Shown: positions 14,501-26,240 of the stretch, piece by piece | Position numbering within the stretch: position 1 is the stretch's first letter | Layout of the letters: every line of letters starts with the position of its first letter | Origin: Nageia nagi | Taxonomy: Eukaryota; Plantae; Pinophyta | Assembly: GCA_050084985.1 (NCBI GenBank) | Contig: JBITNC010000002.1 | Coordinates: 20,956,001-21,020,000, forward strand | Direction of reading: 5' to 3' | Length of the DNA stretch: 64,000 bases | Made by a program: the position numbers and the translations under genes | The notes under the pieces: model-generated | What the model was told of the DNA's origin: nothing | Seen by the model: only the letters and a program-made list of their open reading frames with translations | The model's database searches: none

Positions 14501-14635
14501 TTTTAATGATAAAAATGATAACATTTCTCAATACTTGTTGCATAAGACAACTATTTTGAGAGCTACAATGATGAGCATCTTCTAGAGCTCAACTTTGATC
14601 CAAAGGGGATCGTGTGACTAAAGATGATATACTTA

Positions 14636-14840
14636 TGATTGAAGATGCCTCAACTTATTATTGAAGATACTCAACTTGTTATTGAAGACACTCAAATAGC
14701 TCATGAAGATGCTCAACTTGTGATAGAATACGATTGAATTATTTTTTAATATGTTGAACTTATTTCTGAAGATGCTCAACTTATTTCTTAAGATGAGCAT
14801 CTTGTTATAAATGGAAAGCATCTTATTACATAAGATATGC
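14636..14840. repeat. 21-bp minisatellite (GAAGATGCTCAACTTGTTATT-like, about 9 units)
   Basis: 21-nt periodicity is visible and gives the heptad NKLSIFN in ORF 14633-14842. Confidence 0.8.
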
Positions 14841-15939
14841 ATTTACATTATCAATGCAAATGAGTATCTTAAGATGTAATATGAAAAGTATCTTATAGAG
14901 CTCAATTTTGATCCAAAGGGGTTTGTATGACCACTTATTTTTTATATACTTGATGAGATATATCCAATGGTGAAGTTATTAAATCATTTAAAGATCATAT
15001 TTGATCTAAATTAATCAAAAGAGGTTTAGTGCATTCTTGAAGTTACAAGTTTCTTGAAATGAGGTTATGTTATTTGTATTGAGTTCATGAATGTTTAGAA
15101 TGGTATGGATTGAATGATTGTATTTTCCAATGAGTTCCAATTGAGAATGAAAAAAATGAAATAAATTCCTTAGAGGGTAATAATTTTAATACTATGTTTC
15201 AAACTATGATGAGTCTAATTCATAATAGGCTTAGGATTGTTAAGTTTAGTGGATAAGCTTAAACATCCTTAGCATGTGATATTAGAATGTATTTAGTTTC
15301 TAAGTTAAACTAAATAATAAAATCTCATTATAATAGTACATCAAGATTGAATTCTAATTCTTTTTGAAACTTTATAAAGTATTATCATTGTTAATGAGTA
15401 ATGATTAAAAATCTATTAAAGATAATAGCATTGGATATTAAAGTAGATTGATTTGATATGATTTTTAGGTCCCTTGTGATATTTCAAAAAAAAATAATAA
15501 TATGTTTTTTAGGACGATATTGAGTGTTATTTTACAAATATATACCTTTCAATAATAATTATATTAATATATAAACTAACCATCTTTCATTAGAGAACTT
15601 GGATTTTGACTATGTAGTTTTTTAACGACTATGCATCTTTGAATTTTTAGGGTATTAACTTAAGTTTAATATCAAATTGCACATAGATAAGTAGCATATT
15701 TCAATGAGTTTCATAATGGTATGGTTAAGAAGATAATACCATATACTAAATTAATTATACTAATATTTTAATTTAAAATAATTTTTTATAATGTTAAATA
15801 TAAAATCAAAAGGCCATATAATAACAAATATATTAGATCATTAACAATCAAGATTCAACTTTTTAAAATATGTTATAACCTACTACATCCTTTTAGATTA
15901 ATGAGCTTAACTATGGGTACATTGTCTTCATCCAACAAT

Positions 15940-18112
15940 AGAGTTCATTATCATACACATGTTTTTGACTTATACAATAGTTATCCTATCCATTGGATAT
16001 GGTAATTAACTTTCATCATTTTAAAGGGTTGTTGTTATAAACCATACCAAATCTAATTTACATATTCAATGAAGATGAATTTGATGGTCACCCTTCTCTG
16101 AATGTAGTCTCCCAATGAAATATGACTAGTTAATGGAAGCTTCCATGGTCAATTATTTTCTATGGGAATACAAGAAATCAATTTCCCATGTGACATAAGA
16201 TATTAAATATCAATTGAATATATTTATCATTAGATTACCACTATAATGAGGTTAGTTACATTTTTGTAGGTGAAATATTGGATTTTATTATATTAAATAT
16301 GTAGATATATTTAAATACCTATTCATAAATCATTATCCATTTTCCAAGCCTACAACCCTTCTTATTCTCTTTCTACTAAAAAAGATATCAATGGAGGAAG
16401 GTGAAAGAAGAGAGAGTAAATAAGAGAAGGGTGCACCCTATTCATCATATTCTTAAATTAATAATGAGAATAAATATCTAAAGAAATTATGATTTTAGCA
16501 TCATGTTGAAACCTTTAAACAAGGTTACCAGCACCATTTCTTATCTAAGTTAGAAAAAATGTTTTGTTATGGAAGAAAAGATGATTTTAAGTCAGTCTTC
16601 TTGGATAGTATTTATAGACACATTACCATATCACATTATACATTTTATATTAAAGCTCTCATCAATAAGTACAAGGAAGTCATGGTATTCTATGATGAGC
16701 TCACAACACTTTTGTGATCTCACAATATCCTATCTTTGGAGAAAATAATCCTTCAAGATTTTCATGTGAAAAGAAATGCTCTTCAAATGTAGATTTAAGT
16801 AGATCATAAAGTTAAAAATGAAGCAAGTAATACATTATCTATTGTTGGATAAGAAAATAAATATACTATCATGGATGAAGTTAACAACTCTATTTCTACT
16901 CTTAATAAAAGAGAAATTGTACTACTCTTTTCTAAAATTAATGTGATAAAAAAATATCGTCACAAATATTGGTGCTAATTCTTCATGAAATCCTTCACCT
17001 TTGAATCAAAGGAGAAATAGAAGTAGAAGATATAAGGGAAAAAGAAATCCTTGAAAATCCAACTAGTAAAACCTTGAACAACATCAATAACAATAACCAA
17101 ATGTTAAAAAAATTCTTAATGCTAATAACAAAATTATTGTGAAAGATAGAACTATCAAAATTGGCCCAATAATGGAGATTGTAATCAGTCAAATAGTTAG
17201 AATTGATCACAAAGTAAACTTTGATGGTAACAACTAAAGAAAGAAGATATACATTTTACATTAGATAAATCATGTCTGGCATGTGGTGGAACTTCCCAAG
17301 GATTTGGTTCCTCATTGAATTAGAACTTTATGAGTTTTCCAAACAAGCAGTTAAATTTGGGTTTGCAATAAACTCTAGACCATCCTCGAGATGGTAGAAA
17401 CTAAAACTAAATCTTTAGGGTATTATCTTCAATCTTATTGATATATTTTTACTTTAATTTGGTAGAAGTATAATAAACATTTTGGATGACATGATAAAAA
17501 ATATTATAGTTCATAATTTCTTGTACAAACCTATTTCTATGGTAGAAAAATAACTTCTTATATTAGGGTTAAAGCATATATGTAATCCTTCTATCATGTC
17601 TCTAAATGATATTCATATCGAGTATTGACCATTTGGTAGGCTTCTCAAGCTTCATGGGCTCATTAGTCTAAGAGGAAAATATTAAACTAATTAGGTTGAT
17701 CTTGAAATATCTTATTTTCATCTTACTAATCCCATTTAGGAATTAAACATCAAACATTAATCACTACTAGACCTGATTGAAGATGGTATCTCAAAACTAA
17801 AGAGCACCTTGCTATATATGAGAGAAACTTTTATCATCCACTTCCCATATATTTATCAAGAGCCTTCAAAAATTAAAGGAATGATAGTTCCACTATTATT
17901 AAAAATCATAAGATCCAACTATGATAGATATTTTATGATCATCTACATACCTACAACAATATAGATTAGGGTTAACCTTACATAAAATCTCTAAAATTTA
18001 AAATAATAAAATCATTAATATTTGCTAGAATTAATAATGATGCGATGGGAGATATTATCTACTTGTGTTCTTGATGTAGATCTTGAATATTTATATCTTC
18101 TTGATATATAGG
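15940..18112 (+). mobile_element. Decayed long reading frame, probable Penelope-like retroelement (N-terminal region up to the start of RT)
   Basis: From 17461 the frame reads KNIIVHNFLYKPISMVEK*LLILGLKHICNPSIMSLNDIHIEY*PFGRLLKL...SYFHLTNPI*ELN. Frameshifted pieces AFKN*RNDSSTIIK, DHLHTYNNID and LEYLYLLDI follow. The order resembles PLE motifs N.S..L...E..LL.KGL.F.P, F.R.L.L, AL..L.ND..IIIK(PADKG), L.D..TY and LY.LPKIHK. A basic RRNRSRRYKGKR stretch lies upstream. Confidence 0.55.
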
Positions 18113-18474
18113 AATATTGCAAAAATAAATATGTTAATGGGGAACCTCAAAGTATAGGTCCTTGAGACCCTAGATCCCAAAATGTAGTGATAAACCCTAG
18201 CTCAACATATAACTAGGTTCCCTTATCCTTAATCACAAGGATGATATAAATCATAAAGATGCCTACATATATGTATGATATGATGTGCTATGATATGGTG
18301 ATGCTAGATGCCTAATAATATTTTCACCATAATTTTTATTATAAAATATTAATGATAATGGTAAAGATAGTGATAATAATATGTTAGCTAATACAAAAAG
18401 AATATATGCCAAGATGATCGACCAAAATATCAAGAAAGTTATCTCTTCATAACATATGGATAATTGACAACTAC

Positions 18475-18545
18475 AAGGCATTGGTGTAGTGGTAAGGGCT
18501 CTTGGTCTCCTTTGGGAAGTCATGGGTTCCAATCCCACAAGCTAA
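18475..18545 (+). other. tRNA-derived (SINE-like) head with Pol III A and B boxes at the 5' end of the LINE
   Basis: A box TGGTGTAGTGG (18482-18492) and B box GGTTCCAATCC (18525-18535) have tRNA-like spacing. The T-arm TGGG-TTCCAAT-CCCA can pair. D, anticodon and acceptor arms are poor, so it is not a functional tRNA. Confidence 0.7.
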
Positions 18546-18815
18546 GAGAGGAAGCTGTACCCATGTAGAGGAGTAATAAAGGAAGTGGTAAATCCTGAGG
18601 TGTTGGTAATGGTCGACCATGGTTTCATACATAGTAGATTGTAAGGAATCCCCATTACATGCACATGGATATATATTATTTGAATGTTTACCCTAACATT
18701 TAGAGGGGTATTAAGGTATGTACTGATCATGATGAGAGGACATGGGAGTTGGATAGTTGAATGTGCAAAAGAAACCCTATAAATTTTACTGTGTTTGATA
18801 CTAGTGCTCCAGATC

Positions 18816-20140
18816 ATGGCTACAAGCTCAGGGGTCCCTTTGGAAAATTGAATTAGGTTGCCTACACACTACATTAGATACTCTTGAAATAACAGTTCAT
18901 AATGTTAAAGTGCATGATTAAATAGGCTTATTAAAATCTAGAGCATTGCTTTTCAAATTCATTGGTTCCTACATTCCCTTAATGATGATAAAATAATGAG
19001 CTACAAATGCTTAGAAGGTTTAAGGTGAGATCTATCTAAACTTGTATACAAATTACCTTATTTACCATGAAGATATATAGGGATATGGTATTTGAAGGTG
19101 GTCCATGATTTCATGAGAATGCAAGGATTTTCATGAAGCCTTAGCACATAGGTTTCAAATTGGATGAAGAATATCCTTTGTCTACTCCTATTTGTGTTAG
19201 GATTTCCACTCTTTCAAGGGAGCTTTGGACGAAGCATATCTTCATAGCTATTGGTAATGCCATAGGGGTGTTCATTGGGGTATCAAAGAATACTAAGGAA
19301 CTAGATTCTTTAGGCTATGCTCGAATATGTGTCTACTTAAAAACTAATTCTCCTTTTCCCACCAAAATTAAGATCAACCTAGCTAATGATGGCCTAAAAT
19401 ACATACAAAATATATATTATGAGAATATTTCCTTTCATTTTGGGGTCTTCTCAGAATATGGGCATTTTGCCAAAGCTTATCCCCTAGCACAACCAATCAC
19501 TAATACTCCAGAAACCTCCAATGAAGGCTTCTAAAAACCCAAGAGAAAACATCAAGCACTGAAATGATCTACCCCTTATAAAGATATATGCTTCAGTAAT
19601 CATTTGCAAAGCCTTTAAAACATAGAGACATACAAAAATGACATTCCTAGTTTGAAACCTACACAAGCCTCGATCATATTTAATCTCAAATAAGACTCTT
19701 AGAGAAATGAACTGCAATAGGAAATAACTAAGTAAATTATGACCTCTCCATAGGATCATCCAATGTAGAGTAATGGTAACACATAGGATCAAATTTTACA
19801 AGTCCATGGTATAGACTTCACTCACAAAGTGTAGCAAAATCGTACTAAAAATGTTCTACAAGAAATGGATATGAATATAGAATGTCCCATGGGCATAGAG
19901 CAAGGTCTGGAGCTAGCTAAAGCAACCTTACCAAGTGATTCACCCAAGCCTATACATAGTAGGAAATCATCTATTCCCATCATAAAGCTAACACCATCCT
20001 ACCTAAAAACTATAGTAGTTGGTCAAAATAAACCCAAATGTAGAATATCCAATCAGACTAAGCATACTCAAGAAGCTATGGAAAGCATAGAAATTGGGAG
20101 TCAGCCACAGTTGGAGAAGCTCCTTACCTCCAAAAAATAG
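18816..20140 (+). pseudogene. LINE ORF1 (DUF4283/zinc knuckle) remnant
   Basis: ORF pieces 19160-19534 and 19865-20140, with multiple stops. Start is uncertain. Confidence 0.7.
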
Positions 20141-20151
20141 TAGGTTTCATA

Positions 20152-23100
20152 ATGATAATTACATCATGGAATACTAGGGGCCTTCACAACCCCAAAAAAA
20201 TTAGACAAGTTAAAGCTCTAGTTAGGTTAGTTAATCCTGCAATTCTTCTTATTCAGGAAATGAAGATGATGGCTACAACGGTTGTAAAATATAAAAAATA
20301 TTTCTAGCTTAGAATCTCATTTTTTATAAATGATTTAGATGGATAATGTAGTGAAGTAATTACATTATGGGATCCCTCTAAGGTCTCTTGCTTCCTTGAC
20401 TCTATTTAAGAATCTTGGCTAGCAGTGTTGTTCAAATGAAATTTCACATGCTACTCTTTTGATCTTATAAAATTTTATGTTCCCAACCTTTGGAGAAGAA
20501 AGTTTTGTGTTAGGAGAAATTTCAACATGGCTAATAGCTCACACTAATATACCATGTATACTAGGTGATGATTTCAATGCCATTAGATCTATAGATGAAA
20601 AGAAAGGAGGCTTATGTAAACTAGATAGGTGTGATGTGATCTTTAACCATTTCATTAACTCTCAACATCTAATAGAACCTTTTTGTATTCAAGAAAAATA
20701 CACTTGGTCAAATGGATAGTCTAATGAGAACCAAATTCTTACAAATATTAAATAGTTCTTGCATACTACTCATTGGAGTGAATAAGGAATCATTACTCAA
20801 ATGGAAGTGTTGACACAAGGTGGCTCTGAGCATTGGCTAATATCTTTGCATGTGGAAATTGCATCCAAATGCAAAAATTTCCTTTTTATTTTAGTGTATG
20901 TGGCTCACCCATCCTTCCTTTGTAGAACAAGTGGAGTATTAGCGGACTAAAGATTTATGGGTGAAAGGATCCAAGATGTATAAGTTTTCTATAAGCTAAA
21001 CCAACTCAAGGATAAGATTAAAACTTGGAACAAGGAATGGTTTAGGGGATATTTTGATAAAAGAGCTAGTTTAGAATTGGGAATAGCTCAAATTGAAGTA
21101 GCTCTCCAAATGGAATAGACTGAAGGACCTCCTTAAACATGAATAAAAGCTTCTCTAGCAATTGGATAAGGTATACCTTCAAGAGGAGATACTTTGGAAG
21201 CAAAAATCATGCCTCCAATGGTTGAAAGAAGGAGACCAAAATACCAAATATTTTCATATGAAAACTATGGCCCATAGAGCTAATAATAAGATAACAAGGC
21301 TTATTACTCCCACAAATAATACTATAACTAACCCACATGACTTGGATTACCATATCATCTCTCTTTTTTAGTCCTTGCTTAGTGAATAAGCTATAAATCA
21401 TGAGGAAGATCAGTAGTTATTCTTAGATTTCATCCCATAGCTTGTTTCCCCACCTAAGAACATCAAGTTATGGCACCTATATCAGAAGAGGAGGTTGAAA
21501 CAAAAGTATTCCAAATGAAAAGTTAGGGAATCCACCATGATGGCTTCCCTCTTGGATTTTATGACACTTTTAGGATTTACTGAAGGAGGAAGTAGTGGAT
21601 GTAGTCAGAGTATATTTTACCTCAAAATAAGCTCTCACATCCAAGTTAGAAATGCTACATATATTGATGCATTTAGACCTATTTCCTTATGTAATTCAAT
21701 ATACAAAATTATATCCAAAGTGGCTACAAACAGAGTCAAGGTCATAGTTCTAGACTTCATATCAGATGAACAAAAGACTTTCATATAAGGGAGACAACTA
21801 ATGGATGGTGCCATCCTAATTCATGAGCTTATTCACTCTCTAACCACCAAGGGTGATAAAGGAGTGCTCATCAAACATGATATGAAAAAAGTGATTGATA
21901 GAATCAATTGGTCCTTCTTGATGAGGATTATGGGAAAATTTTGGGTTTGACACTTGATGGATATAATGGATCTTTGCTTTAACTGGAAATCCTTCCTTCT
22001 TTGTGTTAGTCAATGGGAGCACTTAAGGCTTCTTCAAGAGCTCTCATGGTCTTAAGGGAGACCCCCTATCACCATACCTCTTCATCATAGTAGCAGAAGC
22101 CTTAGTAAAGATCTATCATACTTGTTAGCTTCTAGACTCCTAAAAGTCTTGCATATCAATCATCTATGGCTAGCTATATCCCACTCCCAATTTGTAGATG
22201 ACATTCTCTTAGCTATCCATCCTTCCATTTAGGAGATAAACACTATAAAACATCTACTCAATTCTTATGAAATTACCTCTGGTTGAGTAGTAAACTTTAG
22301 TAAATCAAAGTGGCATAACATCAATCTTGACCCCAACCTCCTCTAGTTAATGGCAAGATCCACTAAAATGACCCTAGACATGCTTCCAAGCACTTATTTG
22401 GGCCTACATTTAGCAATAGGTGGAAATGAGGAGGATTTTGGGACTCCATTTTAAACAATATCAAGTCAAAATTGGAGGGATAGAAAGGTAAATGGTTCAT
22501 TACTGCTAGTAGAGTGGTAAAAATTAAGGCCATCTTGAGTGCTCTTCCCATCTTTTGGTTGAGTATTTTTTGGCTACCAAATAAAATTCTTGACCAAATG
22601 GAAAAAATCATGAGCAATTTGTTATGGAATGGTATATCTAAAATAAAAAAATCCACCTAGTAGCTTGGCAAACTATTTCCACAAGTATTAAGTTTGCAAG
22701 CTTGGGTGTCAAATGCTTGAGATTATGAACAAGGCCTTGTTGGGCAAGGTTTTATGGAGATGTTATTGCAAACCCTCATCACTATGGAGCCAAGCTCTTA
22801 GATTGAAGTACCTAGACAACCATGATCCCACAAGAATCTTCACAACTGAGAATTTGCCTATTGGTTCATTAATTTGGAATGGTAAGCTAGGCATCATGTC
22901 TTATAGTTCATGAAATGGGATGTGGGGAGAAGGAGAAAGGCACATTTTTGGGATGATATATAGTTATCCCCTGATCTACTATCAAGCAAGCCTGAATTTG
23001 ATGCTCTTAGGAATAGTTTGTGCCATCTTTGGGGAACCAGATTATTATGAGTGGGTGGATGCTAAACAAGGTAGATAGCTAACATGCAAGAAAATGGTAG

Positions 23101-23725
23101 GTATTCTCCTTGATCAAGATGTAGTTTCTACTTAGCTTGATTCCATGCTATGCAACCACAAGCTAAACTTGAGAGAGGAGATAAGCTCATTTGGTCACTT
23201 ATTCCCTCAAGGTCATACATGGTTAATTCAACCTACAAAATTTTTTCTCCCACTACACACTTACCATGAACTTCATTAGTATGGTCCAAAGTGTGGAGAA
23301 ATAGAGCATGGCCTAAGGCCCAATTTTTCTTTGGATAGCCACTCTTGAAAAACATCTCTTTAAGGGTAATTGCTCAAATGTGGATTCCTAGGCACTTACA
23401 AATATGTTTTTTATGGAGCATCAGAGGAGTCAAGGCCTCACATCCTCTTACATTATGACTATGAAATGGAAGTTTGGTATAGATTCTTTTATATCTTGGC
23501 ATCCAATGGTCTATGCCAAGCAATATAGGGAACCTCCTATCCTCATGGGAATATCCCAAATAATGAAAGGTGTCAATGGTAATTTGAAATGCAACTTGGC
23601 CATGATTTGTTAGAATCTATGGATTGAACATAATAACTGTATCTTGAGGGGTCAACCCAAAAGCAGTTGATCAAATTTGGCACCTAATAAGCAAAAATCT
23701 AGCAATGATATGGGTAGCCACATAA
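20152..23725 (+). pseudogene. LINE ORF2 (APE endonuclease, reverse transcriptase, zf-RVT) remnant
   Basis: SWNTRGL, WKQKSCLQWLKEGDQNTKYFH, FRPISLCN and MNKALLGKVLWR motifs; many stops and frameshifts. Confidence 0.85.
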
Positions 23726-25403
23726 TTATTGATGATGTAACAAGGAAATCTCAAACCTCCACTCCTAGGAACACATCATTTTTTCCTGGCATCTCAAAAT
23801 ACCTGACATTCAGATGAAGCAACACTAGTTGGATAAGCCAGTAATGGGTCCCCTAGTTTTATTGTATGTATTATGGATTCTCATAGCTCTGAATGTCTCA
23901 CAGTACCAAAACAACTTATCTTCTCTAAGCCACACAACATCATTTCTTCGTATCAACCCACTCCTTAATGCAGCTCTACATGAAGACAATAGCATATTAT
24001 GCTCCAGCGGGGAGCCCTATCCTATGTATTGCATACTGCTTTTGCTCCTTGTGGCTCCGCTGCGAGACCTACAGATATCATATTGGAATACACATATACC
24101 TTCAGAGGCCCAATATTAATTTAGTAGGCCTTATCATTCACTGTAGCTCCCAAAAGAATGACATGTTGTCATATTATTATGTAGACATGGCTAAAAATGC
24201 CCATTGTGTATTTTTGTACGAACTAGTTGATCAATAGGATTTATTTACTTACAAAAAAAAAAGACATGATAATTGAAAACACCTATAATATTTATTTTTA
24301 TAAAAATAAAATATGGTATAAAATAATATGATTAAATATGCTAAAAGATGCTTAGATAACGAGCCTTGCAAAACCATAAGACATGAAACAAGATTCCAAA
24401 TCTAAAAATCAAGAAAATGATTACGCTAATATTTATAAGAAATTAACTATGCCCATAATGATAAAACACAATGGAAATATTAAATGATGACAAAGAATGA
24501 TATGGGTATGAATAATTATGACTAAACCCTAGTCTAACCCTAAGGAACTAGGATGGATTTAGCTAAGTGCAAGCTATACATACATAATAATTCAAGTAAG
24601 CAATTCTCTACTAAATGGTAGATACAATAGGCTCTAATTATGCTCCAAATGATTTGTGGGACTTGTAAGAACCCAAAAAGACAAAGATCCAAGCATACAA
24701 TATGATAACTAAGCAAAATGGTGTATCCTTCCACTATGAAGATGGGATGAGAAAACGTTATGTAACTCATATGATCATGGGTTCTTGTAAAACACTAACA
24801 AATTTTCATGAAGTGCTAAACTACATAGAATTCTTGGATGTGTACTTTGTAGAACTCAAAAAGAAGTTAGGAAGCTCAAAAAAGAATCACATATTGGAAG
24901 AAATGATATCGATTTATGCTTATATAGACATGATGTATCTAATAGGATGTTTAGGATTGACTATATGATTATAAAAGGTTCAGAGTTGATAGACTGATAA
25001 GTCAATCAATTGGAAAAATACAATGGTTAACTGCTTGATTGATTTGATCATATTTGACCATGTTTGCCCATATTTTCTCAACTAATGGTAAATGTTTAAA
25101 ATATGTAATTTTGGAGTATCTATTATATTAAATATTAAGGTTTTGCAAATAAAATTTTTAATAAAAAATATTTAAAATCAAGTGGAATTCACCATAATGT
25201 AGGATTATAATATTTTTAAAGTTAAAAACTTAGCTAATGAACATAATATATCATGATAATACTATATTAAAAAACAATAAATAACCAATGAATTGAAAAT
25301 AATAGGAAAGGTGTTATATTGACTTGATATGGTGTTATTTGATATAATTTTTCATACTCATAATTACAATGCCATTTGAAACTTGTACACCTGCATAGAC
25401 AAG

Positions 25404-25639
25404 TCAAATAATCTAATGCAATTACATCTAAAACTCATTTGAAGATTGTTGTTCTACACCCTACAAGCTCTACTTGCACTGGAAGGCCAAGATTAATTTT
25501 GTGGCAGCCCAGGTTGGAACAAATCAAATAATCTAATGCAATTACATCTAAAACTCATTTGAAGGTTGTTGTTCTACACCCTACCAGCTCTACGTGTCGT
25601 GGAAGGCCAAGATTAGTTTTGTGGCAGCCCAGGATGGAA
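25404..25639. repeat. 120-bp tandem duplication (2 copies)
   Basis: TCAAATAATCTAATGCAATTACATC...GTGGCAGCCCAGG starts at 25404 and again at 25524. Confidence 0.92.
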
Positions 25640-26240
25640 TTGGGTTTACCAGTGAAAAGTAAGTGAGATTAGCTAATGGAAGCTTCCATGACCAATTGTT
25701 TTCTCGGGAATACAAGAAGTCCATTGGACATGTGGCATTAGATGTCACATATGAATTGAAGAGCAGTATCGTTAGGTTACAACTGTTACAAGATCGGTTA
25801 CATTTTCGTGGCAACGTATTGTATTCTCTTGTGTCAAATGTGTATATATATTCAAAGACATGTTCATACATCACAATCCCTTTTTCAAGCCTACCAACCT
25901 TCTTATTATGTTCCCTCTTGAGAAGATATCAATGGAGGAAGGCGGTAGAAGAGAGAATGACGAAGAGCAGGGCACGCAATGTCACCATCTTCTTCTAACA
26001 ACAAGTAAGGACCTGAAGAACTTTTGGTGTTGGCGTCACGTAGAAACCCTTAAACCAGTTACCAATGCCCATTTCTGATCTACGTCAGAAAAAAGTGGAC
26101 GAAGATGATTTCAAGCGAGCCTTCTTGGATAGTATTCATCCCAACATCAACAACTCAGGACATGCATCTCGTCTCAAAGCTCTAGCGGACAAGTATAAGG
26201 AAGTCATGGTGTTCATTGATGAGCCTGTTCATTTCATGGA
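25524..26240 (+). pseudogene. Second, less decayed copy of the N-terminal part of the 15.9-18.1 kb reading frame
   Basis: Colinear with about 16020-16700 (TAATGGAAGCTTCCATG, GGGAATACAAGAA, GATATCAATGGAGGAAGG, AAGGAAGTCATGGT). Three overlapping ORF pieces (25663-25998, 25860-26078, 26065-26361) are joined by frameshifts. Confidence 0.65.

Larger units (their letters stand above)
18472..24262 (+). mobile_element. Full-length decayed L1-clade LINE (ORF1, ORF2, poly-A, TSD)
   Basis: ORF1 remnant IGNAIGVF...YARICVYL...YENISF...EYGH (DUF4283/zinc-knuckle type). ORF2 starts MIITSWNTRGL at 20152 and has EN (GDDFNAI) and RT (FRPISLCNSIYKIISK, QFVDDILL) motifs. Poly-A is at 24253-24262. The TSD is GATAATTGACAAC (18459-18471) / GATAATTGAAAAC (24268-24280). 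Confidence 0.9.

Noticed and set aside
15200-15235. Hammerhead-like TGATGA plus hairpin (similar partial matches near 24994, 26421 and 62600)
   Set aside because: Each lacks the GAAA and NUH core or stems I/III.
18475-18545. Functional tRNA gene
   Set aside because: Only the A/B boxes and T-arm fit; the acceptor, D and anticodon stems do not pair.
18130-25000. Host repeat split by the full-length LINE (18130-18471 and 24263-25000); telomere-like AAACCCTA words
   Set aside because: It looks LTR-like, but no boundaries, PBS or PPT could be fixed. The AAACCCTA words are isolated and do not form a telomeric array.
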